Positions 12,624 through 25,000 of a stretch of DNA of 64,000 nt are shown here, piece after piece. Source of the DNA: Octopus sinensis. Its lineage: Eukaryota. Both the position numbers and the translations under genes were made by a program. Where the stretch lies: assembly GCF_006345805.1 (NCBI RefSeq), contig NC_042999.1:135594001-135658000 (forward strand). The letters run 5' to 3'. The notes under the pieces were generated by a model. That model did no database searches. It saw nothing but the letters and a program-made list of their open reading frames with translations, and was not told where the DNA came from. The stretch's first letter is position 1. Every line of letters begins with the position of its first letter.

Positions 12624-15600
12624 TTAAACCCAGTTATTCAGGAAGTAATATGTTGGAGTGTTAATTAAATCCTTTACCATCTGACAAAAACTTCAACAGG
12701 ATACAGTTCCCTGGATAAAAAGTTAGCAATCATATCTATCAGGGAATATAAACTACTTTTATTCAAGAACAACAAAGAATAGGAACTCAATGTAAATCAG
12801 TTTGGTGTAGAGAGAGTTTGATGTAAAACCATGCCAGCATGGTTCAATCTAGTCAACTGGTAAAGTACAATAAACTAAGTCAGCTTGGGGTTGTTATGAC
12901 CTTATTGGCATGGATTAGTTAACTTAGCAAAAAATCAGTTTAACTACATAATGACACATTTAGCTAACACAGTAACAACACATCTGGTTTAGCTAATTTA
13001 GTAATGGTGTTGTAACTTGGTAAATAGAAAAAAATTATCAATATTAAAAAATTGGAGCAGGGATGTGGTAGGTGAATACAACTACAAACAACTTTACAAT
13101 AAAGTAAAATAATATATGTGTATAAAAAGGCAAAACTTTAACACAAGCCACTATCAAAACTAAATATTAAAAATATGGAAAAGGAAGGAAGATTTACTTA
13201 AAAAATCCTGCTGAAGATAAAATCAATTACTAGAAGTAGAGTTTGCCAATAGGCACATTTGAGAATGGCAAGGCAAGAATTACCATGGTTGGTTTTGTAT
13301 ATTTTAATGAGGTAGTGATATCTGAAGAATCTAGTGGCAGGAGGCATGAGAGAAAAATACTGCAAGTTCAAAATATGGTCAAAGGATTGCACTGAGGTTT
13401 GAAACGTTTACGGGCACCATAATGATCAGAGTGGTACAAAAACAAAAGAAAAAGAGAAAAAAGAAATGAGGTATAAAAAAAATTAAATAAAGATTATGTT
13501 AAAATTAACAACTGTATAATAGAATAAAAAATTACTTGTATAGTTAGAAAACACCAATGCTATTTTCACTAATAAAAAAAAAAATCGGTTTTCAAATTTC
13601 ACTTTTTTAATAAAATATTACACATGTAATATATGATGCTTTTTGACTCGTAACTATATATTTTTCATTTCATTTAATTTCCTGTATGTTTATTTTAAAA
13701 GAAACACTAGACTAAGAAGAATTCTCCAATTGTCTTCAATTGCAATATTGTTACTCTAAGAAACAAGCAGTCATATTACTGTATTTACATATACACTAAG
13801 TTCTAAAAACGAGACTGAACTCATTTTTATGATAATTACATGGTACAGTTAATTCCCACATATTACTTAGGACTTTGTATATAATATGTAATTATAGAAC
13901 AGAATAGTAAATGGCAGCCGAAGATGACTGGAGAACTTACAAAGAATAAACGTAATTTCTTTTGCAATCAAAGAGTTAATAGTCAGCAAGTATCAGATAT
14001 TGTATGAAACTTCATCATGGAAACACAGAATTTTAATCACAATTGTGCTGTTTATAATGTTAAAAGGTGACTACATTATCATTTTTCAATTGCCTGATCA
14101 GTATTTTGACCATTTAATGTAATAGAAATGTTATAATAGTCTAACTTTACTAGCCATGTGTTGAAGTCTATGCTTAAAAAGCCACATACAGGCTAGTTTT
14201 GATAACGAAAATGTGATTGAAAGTATACATCTAGTGAAAATATTGAACAATCATATAAAGTTTACACATAAGAAGCAAATACATTTGATGCGTTCTGCTG
14301 AACAGCACCTGAACGGTGAGTAAAAGGAAACAAAATATATAATGTATAACTACACGATTGAAGCAAATGTTTGGAAACATTTACTGTGGCATATTTCAAC
14401 AATGTTTAACACAAGAAAAAAGTAAAATCTCAGACAAATACTATGATTGATTGATTGATCTTCATCTACTTTCAAAATACAATATTACCAGCAAATAAGA
14501 TATAAAAAAAGAGAGCTGGAGATAAAAAAACATAATAATTTTAGTTTCTTGTTGGTTAATCTAGGATTGAACATTGTAAAGATGTTTATACTTGAAACAA
14601 AGAGAAGTGTACTGGTATAATACATTTGAGAGAGCATTATATCTGTTTATTTTCACTTTGTAAAAATAATAATCATAAAATAAAATAAGAAACACCAATA
14701 AATGAAACAGATATTTAGACATTTAATATACTTAAATATAATATATTAAAAGAAAATTTATTCTGGAGTCCAGATCTTCCTCACTAACATATACAGAATT
14801 TTGCAATAAATAATACAGAAGCTTTGTGAATGTCATTTTAATGAAGTGAATTTTTAACTTTCTTCATAACTAAACTGGTGTTAGAAAACTGACATCATAA
14901 CAAAGGGCAGCTAAGTTTTTCAAAACAACGGTCACACATCCAAAAAAAATCACATATATAAGACACATTTCCTCTCAACTCATTTTAACTTGTTGTCCAC
15001 ATTTAAAATTGTTAATTATATATTTAAAATAATAATTAAAATTTTCAATCAATTTTTCAATTTCAAAAGCACCATTTAGTTTCTGAATTCATTTCTAACC
15101 ATGTTCACAATAATGATCACACTATAGCTATCAGCATCATCATCATCACCATCATTATTATTAATAATAATAATATTATCATTTCATTGTCATCTAAAAT
15201 AAATTATCAGTTTTAACATTATGTTTCAACAAGTTGAATTTGTGGCAAGTGTGATATATTCTAAAATTTGTCATTTCCAAACCATTCAACATATTAGAGT
15301 TTATATCAAGTGATGCTTCGCTTCTGTTTGCTTGATTCAATCAAATAAGATTTGCTTAATAGATTTTTTTTCTGTTCAGATATTCTCCAGCAGCGTTCAA
15401 AGAGTAATCCACTCAGAACAGATTAGCAGAAAAAATAGCAAGTTTATGCTGGAATGTTAACAAGAGCACAACAGAGAAATGTCACTAGGCTATTGGAAAC
15501 TGAAAAAGCAGAAGAGGGCTTCTAAGAGATAGAATTAAAGTTTGCTGCTAAAACAGCCTGGTTTACCAAATGGAAGATAGTTTACAGAAGCAGCATCGAT

Positions 15601-18429
15601 GGTCACAAAATACTTCAAGTTTTATAACAGGAGCTGCAATTAAAAATAGAATATTATAAGCTGAATTATATTGACATACATATCTATTAAATTCAATAAA
15701 ATTAAATAGAAATTTTTCTTTCTTTCTCCTTTCATTCAGTTCTCTATCATTTATTTCTAGCAATCTCAAAATAGTAAAGAATAGACCCATTTTTGACAGA
15801 GGATTACAGAAAAGTTTAGCCCCACCCCAACAACAACAAAATTATAGCAACTGAAAGATTATGGAAGATCTGACAACACATATTGGTGTGCAAATTGGAA
15901 CAACTCCAATGAGAATTAATGCAAGTGCAGTAACTTCAATGTTGAATAACTACACCATGTTAACGAGAAATCAGAATATATATCTCATGATTTATTCTAT
16001 CATATGAATATGGTTTTAAACATCATCATTCTTTAATGTCCGTTTCCTACACTGGCAGGGGTTGGACAGTTTGACCAGAGTTAGCAAGGCAGAGAGCTTC
16101 ACCAGGCTCCAGTTTGATTTGGTTTGGTTTCTACAGCTTGATGCCCTTCCTAATGCCAGCCACTTTACAGTGTGCTAGGTGCTTTTAACATGGCACCATC
16201 TCGAGCAGTTTTACATGGCACTGACATTAGTGTTTTTTTCATGTGTCACTGGCACAAGACTCTTGTAGGCCAATCCGCTTCACCAGTGGGAGTAGGCTTA
16301 ATGCTTCTGCTATGGGAAATGGATCTTAAGTACAGCAAGGCACCAGGTATCTCAGTCCTTTGTCATCTCATCTGATAAATATATTTTGGTATATTGTACT
16401 CAACCAAATATAAATATATTTTGGTATTTTGTAGGTATTGTAAATTGAAGTTACTGCACTTTCATTAATTCTCATTGGAGTCTGTTCCATTTCATTCACT
16501 AGTAGGTATTGTTAGATCTTATATAATCTTCCAGATTCTATAATTTTGTGCATGGAACTAAACATTTTTGTAATCCTTTGTGAGGGAACAGCTTTCAAAC
16601 ACAAGTCTGTTCCAGTTTTCTGTTTTTTATAAGTATTTCTTTTTCCATATTTCCATATCCCTACAAATTAAATCACCACTTTGGATGAAATAACCTCTGC
16701 TACGTGTATTGACTACTTTTTCCCAAAGTACCCAAACACTTCCTGTCTTAAATTAGTATCTACAATGTCTCATATCATTTATATTTTTTATTCTTTGGGT
16801 TAATTCTCATCATAAGCATTGTATTAAAGTGTGATACTTTGCTATATTAAATGTCAATAAAATACCTATAACCTGGACCTGTGTGGTTGATGATTAACTA
16901 TGAAAAAACTGAGACACAAGACAGCAAAATGGCAGAATCATTAGAGTACTAGAGAAAAAAGTACCTAGTGTATTTGTCACACTTTCTCACCACCACCATC
17001 ATCACTTTAATGCCCACTTTTCTATGTTACCATGAATCAAACAAATTTGTGAAGCAAATTTTCTACAACTGGATGCCCTTTCTGTTGCTAACTGTCCCTT
17101 GTTTCTAAGCAAGGTAGTATTTCCACCCATGGCCGCATGTTTTTCACAGATGACTAGAAATGAACAGCATTGTCAATATAATATTGATATTTGTTGACAA
17201 CCATCACATGAAGTTAAGCCAAGGGTGCACACAAACACACACAGCTGGTTTCTTTTAGTCTCCATTTACCAAAACCACTCACAAGGCTTTGGTTAGTCTA
17301 GAGCTATAGCAGAAGACACTTGTCTGAAATACCATGAAGTGGAACTGAATCTGAAACCATGTGCTTAATGAAGCAAGCTTCTTAACTTCACAGTCACACC
17401 TGCGACTTTACATTCTGAGTTCAAATTCTGTTGTAGTCAATTTTGGCATTTATCATTTGCTGAATTGATAGAATAAAATACCCAACCTGGAAAATGGATT
17501 AGCAGAATTGCTTAAGTACTAAACGAAATGCTTTGTAGTATTTGTTCTCGCACTTTGTAGAAAAATTACTGAGGAGTTCACCACATTCATGCAGGCATTG
17601 CAAACTTGTCTCTAACTAGCCAACAAGGGTATATAAAAGATATTTGAAAAACCCAACAGGAAATCACCTTTGTCTTCTGCACAAAAAGTACATGACAAAC
17701 ACCTCCATGAGTCAGTTATTGACTTTGATGGCACAGGAATGAAAAGAAAGGAGACACTTGTGGAGACAAGAGTGTCAGCTAATACCAGTAAAACATTTCT
17801 ACAGAAGAATGGCAGCCACTCCAAACTGTAATTTGATGTAACAAGAAAACTGAACACATATAGTTAAAGTTCCATTAGTGTGACCTACTTGTGTGCGCAC
17901 ACACACACATGTACATCTTTGCCAATGTACACATGCAGGTTCTGTCCAACAAATTCCACTCAAAATTTTTTGGCCAACCTGAAACTATGGTCAAATCCAC
18001 TTTCCCCAAGTTTGTTTGCTTATTCATTTCTAAGCTTTCCACAGTAGAATAAGTCGGATGAACATAATTTTGAGGCATTGTTTTACAGCCAAGTACTTTT
18101 CCTGTTCCTATATTTTAATTTTCATTTTGCCTGTATATTAGTAATGAAGAATAAAGAAGATATGATAAAAAAAATGACAGGATATACTTGTGGAAATCTA
18201 AAGTAAAAGCTTCCATTGATCTAACTTATAAAGCTATTTCATTATTAGAATTTAAAAAATAAACTAAATCTTTTATGTACTTCTTTTGAAATTCACAACA
18301 ATCTGCAGTATTTTACTTTATAGTAATATGACCTTTGCTTATTCCCAAGGATGGGCAGATATGGGTTAAAAGTGTAAAACAGTTTATATATATAAACAAT
18401 ATGTTTCCATTAAAATTACAATTCTGGAC

Positions 18430-18664
18430 CAGAGGTTCTCAACTACATGGTCCAGGAGTGGTGGAGGTCCATTTAAAATTTTGCTGTAAAAAATTTATGT
18501 GCAATAAATTAGTTGTACAAAATATTTTAATTTTTTTCATACAATTCCTAATAATATTTAATTATAAAAATACAGTAAGATTTTTTTATATACATCAAAT
18601 GGCTATGGGAGCCCAGTAGAATAAAATAGGAATCAAATGGGCAAAAAATGGTTGAGAACCACTG
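18430..18664. mobile_element. hAT-type MITE downstream of the RB1 stop codon
   Basis: TIRs CAGAGGTTCTCAAC / GTTGAGAACCACTG; 8-bp flanks only partly match. Confidence 0.7.
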
Positions 18665-18964
18665 TCCTATACAATTAACTTCATATCTGAAGTGTATATA
18701 TACAATATTGATATCCATTATATTTCAATCAGGTTTATCTCAATCTTCAACAAGTATCTTATTCCTAGATATATACATAGTCCTAGACTAGATTCAAAGT
18801 AGGAAACTATATTTCTATACCAAAGCAGAAATAACCTTATCTATCAAGGCACTAAAATACAGCAACACATCTCAGTTATCCAATAGAATTTCCAACAAAC
18901 AACAACTTACAGCTGAAACCAATCCATTTGTCAGTTTACAGCACCAAACTTTAAAGAACAACAA

Positions 18965-19055
18965 TCATTTCTCCATTGTGTTTTCTTTTCTTTCTTTTTG
19001 AGAACTGTCCACTGCCAAAGACCCAGGTCGACTATCAGCAGAGCTGTTGACTTCA
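18965..19055 (-). CDS. RB1: RB1 terminal coding exon: (N)EVNSSADSRPGSLAVDSSQKERKENTMEK*
   Basis: tttcag acceptor, phase 2, ends TGA; terminal EK as in human NKEEK*. Confidence 0.78.
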
Positions 19056-22000
19056 CTGAAAATAGTTATTTTGAAATTAATGACAAGGAACAGGCTCCAT
19101 ATGGCTATTTAAGTAACATTTTTACCAGCAGGGGAGAATATTTTAATATTTTCATCTTCATCCTTTTATTCTAATGCTAACACTACTTGATAAGATAGGT
19201 AAGTATTTATTATTAGCTACCATGTTAAAAAAAAACAACTGATGAAGAGCAAGAGAGTGGCCCAAACCCTATAACATTCAGATTATTAGCAGTTTGTCAA
19301 AAAGAAACCAATAGAATAAGTACCAGGCTCAAAAGAAAGAAAAAACACACACACACACACACACATATATATACAATGGACTTCTTCCGGTTTCTATTCA
19401 CCAAATCCACTCACAAAAGTTTGGTGGGCCGAGGAAGAGGGATTGAACCTGGAACTATGTGGTTGGGAAGCAAACTTCTTACCATTTATGCTAGAATGAA
19501 TTTTAATTGGACAATATTTATTCCAATAAAATTTTACACCAACATAAAATTATAAATTTATATTTCTGAATATAGAATTAAAGTATAAAGATTTAAATAT
19601 ACTCCAAACATATTCAGCCTTGATATAAAGTATTAATATTTGGGATTTATAACATATTTATATGTTATAAATATTAAAGCATATCCCATCAACATCATTT
19701 TGCATCTTCTTTACCAAGGTGGCACAAAGTGAATGAGAATTGTCAAGGGTCAAGTTAGTTCTTATTTGTTAATTTATGCCCTCCTAGACAAATTGGGGCC
19801 ATGTTTCGCTAGCACATTCCATTTCTGACAGGTTTCTCTGGCTGAATGCCCTTCCTATCATAGGCACTTTACAGGATGTACTAGGTACATGTCATCAAGG
19901 CACCAGCATCAGGGAGGTTGTCATGTCCTCAGCAAAGTTAAAGAACTCCTGGTTACTCTAGACTGTCTGCTTGATAAGCTGTTTCAGCATGGTATTCAGT
20001 TAAAATCGCAAAAATGGACATAACCAGCATGGCTTGTTTCAATTGCACATGAATAAATCAAGTACAAAAAAAAAAAAAAAGGATCCAACTGGAATCAAGA
20101 ATGTTACCTGATACTCAAACTCTCTCTCTCTCTCGCTCTCTCCCAGAGGTGATAAATGGACTACAGAGGCAAACTCCCTCTATGTTTACATATTCAGAGT
20201 CCATATTCAAAAATAATCGGTAACAAGTACAACTCACTTTTCAGAAGCAGGTTGAATGTCATCAAATTGCAGAAAGCGCTGTGTCTTCTTCAGAGCTGAT
20301 GACATATAACGTGGCATTGGAGATGATTGTTCTTTCTTTTCAGCAGACTTTAAAAACAACATACAAGAAAAATTTAGCAACATTTAAGAATTCCTCTTAA
20401 AGGGGAGAAAAAAATAATTATCAATAAGACAATAATATAATCCTGCACCTCTCTTATTATTATTATTATTAGTCAACAGTTCATTCATCAGCTTGGTTCA
20501 TTAGTGTACTTGCATCATCCATGCCCTCTCTATGATAGAGAGAATATCACTGATGAGGTCACACATGGCAACAAAATGACTATAATGAATCTAGCTGATT
20601 GATTAATTGATTAATAAAATGATTAAATGGTTAACAAGTTGACTAATATTAAATAAAAGAAGTGAAACAGAACTAGTGTTTGTTATTGGCATAATGATCC
20701 TTCCAAGGTACAAAGAAATCTGTTTCAATACCCGATTTCACATTAAGAAGCTTGCAAACCAAATACAGAAACAAAATTATCATTAAAAACAAAATGTAAT
20801 TATTAACACTTTAGCATTCAGATTACAGTCAAATGTAATGCTTATGATGTGATTGTTTATTATTAGAATGACATTGTAGGGCAGATGTGAGAGGCTGGAT
20901 CTGGATGGTTTGAACATAAAATAAGTCAAATGTTTTGGCCACACGTGACTGGTCTAAATTCTAAAGGGTTAAAAGAAACAGTAATTATCATTAAAAGTCA
21001 ATACTATTATTAAAAATTATAGACTTATCATTAAAAAATATATATAATTAGTATTAAATATAAATAAGAAAAAATATGATTATTTTAAGTTAACAATCTC
21101 TTTATGCCATACATACCTCTTTTGCTGGTGTGGTAGAGACTCTTGAGCTGACTGGGGTTGGGGGTTTAAAGGAAGGGTCTTTCCAGGTATTGGTTTCAGA
21201 TCTAGAGGAAAAGGAGAAATGGTAGCAACAGCAATAATAAAAAATATGTTCAGAGAACTAAGAAAAGCTTGAGATATGTAAATGAAAGCTATCCCAGGAA
21301 CAGAGGAAATAGCAGCCAGCAAAATATGGGTTTAATAAACCGGCAAGTCATTTAACATCTGCTTTTCCATGCTTGCATGGGGCCAACAGAATTTATCAAG
21401 GTAGATTTTCAACAGCCTAGTACCCATCATGTTTCCAAGCAGGGTTATATTTCCTATAGTTAAACATGTTTCCACAAAATACAGGAAACAAACAACCTCG
21501 CTTGTATGACAATGACGCTCATTTACAACCATCATGTGATGTCTAGACTAGAGCACACACACATGACAGGTCTCTCTTAGTTTCTGTCTACCAAATCCAC
21601 TCACAATGCTTTGATTGGACCAGAGGTATAGAAGAAGACACTTGCCCAAAGTGCCATGCAGTGAGACTGCACCCAAGACCTCATGGTTAGGAACCAAGCT
21701 ACTTAACCACAGAGCCACAACTGGATAACTTCCAAAGTGTTTAGGAGACACATCACTAGAATTTTGTGATATCAATACACGGCTTTGACCAATACAGAAC
21801 TTTATAACAACAATAATGTATTTAACATAGGCACAAGGCCTGAAATTTGTTGGGGTGATGGTGGAGAATAGTGAATTATTTCAACTCCAAAATTTGACTG
21901 GTATGTTATTTAATCAATCCAGGATGTATGAAAAGCAAATTTGGAAGGAGGCAAGCCCAAGACTTGACTGATACGCTATTTTATTGACCTCAGCAGGATT

Positions 22001-25000
22001 TGAACCAGGAATGTAAAGTGCTGGAAGAAATACTGCAAGGTTGTCCTACACTCTAATGCTTCTACCATTCCACTGCTCTAATATAATAATACTAATAATA
22101 GTCGTTTCTGATTTGGGCACAAACCCAGCAATTTTGAGGAAAGGGATTAGTCAATTACATCGACCCCAGTATTTGACTGATATTCCATTTCATCAACTCC
22201 AAAAGGACAAAAGGCAAATTTGAACTTTTTTCCTGGTGCTTTAATGATTCCACCAGTTAGCTACCATAACAATTATAATAACTGACAATATTGATTTCCA
22301 ATATAACCATAAGATCACAAATTTTATAGGAGAGTTCAGTTAATTTAATTGAAACAAACTATTGTTTGGTTAATTATTTTACCTAGCAGGAAATGCTGAA
22401 GCATGGAATAAACTACCAGCATCAGTTGTTAGCTGTCAAGACACCACATCCTTCAAATCTTCCATACTTCCTAAAATACATCAACAGTACACCTGATGCC
22501 CCTCAAACCTATTTTGTTTTTAATGACTTATTCACTGTTCACTACCTGTGCATATTCTATGTACTGTTCATGCAGTTTTTGATTACTTTTTCTGAGTTGT
22601 AGTGCACCTGGGAACTGTATACAATAAGTTCATCATTATTTTAAAGCCAGAATGTAACTAAATAACACAAGGCATTGTCTGATGCTCAACAGATCTTCAT
22701 GCTCTTCATCTTAGCCAAGTCTGTATCACAAAAACTGGCAAGGAAATATTTCAGCTCTTAACAATTACTAATCCTCTACAAAACTCAGGTAAGATCCACT
22801 ACAGAATATAACTCAACATCTGCAATGGTTGTTACTACACATACGAACATCCTACACTGCATTAAAGGAAAAATTACATAACTTGGTTTGCACGAAGTCA
22901 CTCATCAACACACTTCATTCTCTGGCTTCTCATTCCATTATTTTTTATGCCATAACTACAGTGGCACTTGCTCCCCAGCATTTGTCAGACTCATGCCGCC
23001 TACACACTCAGACACTTCCAACTAATTTGTCACTGATATTGTGTCCACCCCTCTAGGCCCAAAACTGAACAGCAATCACACCAACCTTTGAGAGCCAGCA
23101 AAAGCCATGAGCACAGCCTTTTCCATCAGACTAATCCAATAATCAGAAATATTAAATTTCTAAATATCTCATAGAGATATGTACGGTGGTAGGGCGATAG
23201 AATGGTGGTATACTGTCAATTTAACGTGACAGTAGGGGATTACACCACCGCTGTTTAGCCCTAGGAAGCATCGACGCCTCCTGATGGCTTTGACACATTT
23301 TTTCCTGTGTGCTTATATATTTACGGACATAGGAAAAAATGTGTCAAAGCCATCAGGAGGCGTCGATGCTTCCTAGGGCTAAACAGCGGTGGTGTAATCC
23401 CCTACTGTCACGTTAAATTGACAGTATACAACCATTCTAATGCAATAATGTCTTCTTTTATATTACTTCATCATAAACAGTGGTTGGCAGCAGCAGAAGT
23501 GGCATAACAACCACTTTTCCGTACAGACTTTTCGTAGGCCAGGTGGCCTTACCTGTTTCCAAGTTAGGTAAGATTTCCATGCAGATTTTCTGGTCAGATG
23601 CCCTTCCTGTTGCCAACCCTCACCTGTTTCCAAGCTAGATAATATTTTTATCATGGCCAGACATGTTCTTGCAGAATATTGGAAATAATATTTCTTGTAT
23701 GACAGCGACACTTTTTGTACAAGTCTCACGTGATGTCAAGACAAGGGGATACAAACATACACACACACTTACTTAAATGTGGTAATAATGAGTGTGGGAT
23801 AAAAATGTTAGAGAGCTTAGTGGTCAAAACGATTCTAGTGTTAATGTATTTGTACACCAAAGCCTTAAGGCAGGGTACATAACTCTGCTTGTCCCACTCC
23901 CACACCAGAGCTGAATAGCTAGCTGCAAGCAGGGAGGACAACCAGCTATTTAAAAAAATATGTTCCAAATAGAACGCTTTTATAAGCCTAAACTACCTAC
24001 CGGCTTACTCTAACACAAAGCAAATAAATAAAAAAAAAAGATTTTGGTGACATATCCAGATTCTCTAAGTTTTCAGGCTGCAGAAGCAGAAAGCAACACT
24101 GAACTACTACGTCCACTTCTCTATGCTTGCATAGGTCAGATAGAGTATATATATATATATATGTGGAAGTGGAAGACTCAAGAAGACATGGGATGAAGTA
24201 CTGAAGAACACCTGACGATGCTGAACCTTTCGGGCGAGATGACAGAGGACCGAGATGCCTGGTGTCTTGTACTCAAGAAAACCCATACTTTGCAGCAGAA
24301 GTGTTAAAATTGGTCCCTCTGGTGGTGTAAAACACTTGTGGTGGCACCATGTAAAAGTGCTCATGCAGTGCCACATAAAAGTGCCCACACACTTGTGGTG
24401 ACACCATGTAAAAATGCCCGTGCAGTGCCACATAAAAGTGCCCAAATACTTGTGGTGGCACCATGTAAAAGTGCCCATGCAGTGTCACATAAAAGTGCCC
24501 AAACACTTGTGGTGGCACCATGTAAAAGTGCCCGTGCAGTGTCACATAAAAGTGCCCAAACACTTGTGGTGGCACCATGTAAAAGTGCCCGTGCAGTGCC
24601 ACATAAAAGTGCCCAAACACTTGTAGTGGCACCATGTAAAAGTGCCCGTGCAGTGTCACATAAAAGTGCCCAAACACTTGTGGTGGCTCCATGTAAAAGT
24701 GCCCAAACACTTGTGGTGGCACCATGTAAAAGTGCCCAGCATGCTCTGCAAAGTGGTTGGCTTAGGAAGGGCATCCATCCACAGAAACAATACCAAATCA
24801 GAATTTGGTGCAGCTCCCCAGTTCTGATCAAATTGTCCAATCCATGCCAGCATGGACAACGGATGTTAAATGATGATGACAATGATGATGATGATGATGA
24901 TGATGCATGTATGCACGCATGTGTGTGTGTTATTGTCTCCTTGCTTTGACTTTATGTGACAAAAGTAGACATCAAAACGTTGATGATGATATATGCAGAC

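Noticed and set aside
13400-15300. Repeat-poor AT-rich block as a long RB1 3' UTR
   Set aside because: Several possible polyA signals on both strands; cannot be assigned without transcript data.
24273-24949. Long repetitive ORFs on both strands (150-203 aa)
   Set aside because: By-product of a 57-bp (multiple of 3) stop-free minisatellite in an RTE 3' UTR. Also not CRISPR: there are no unique spacers.
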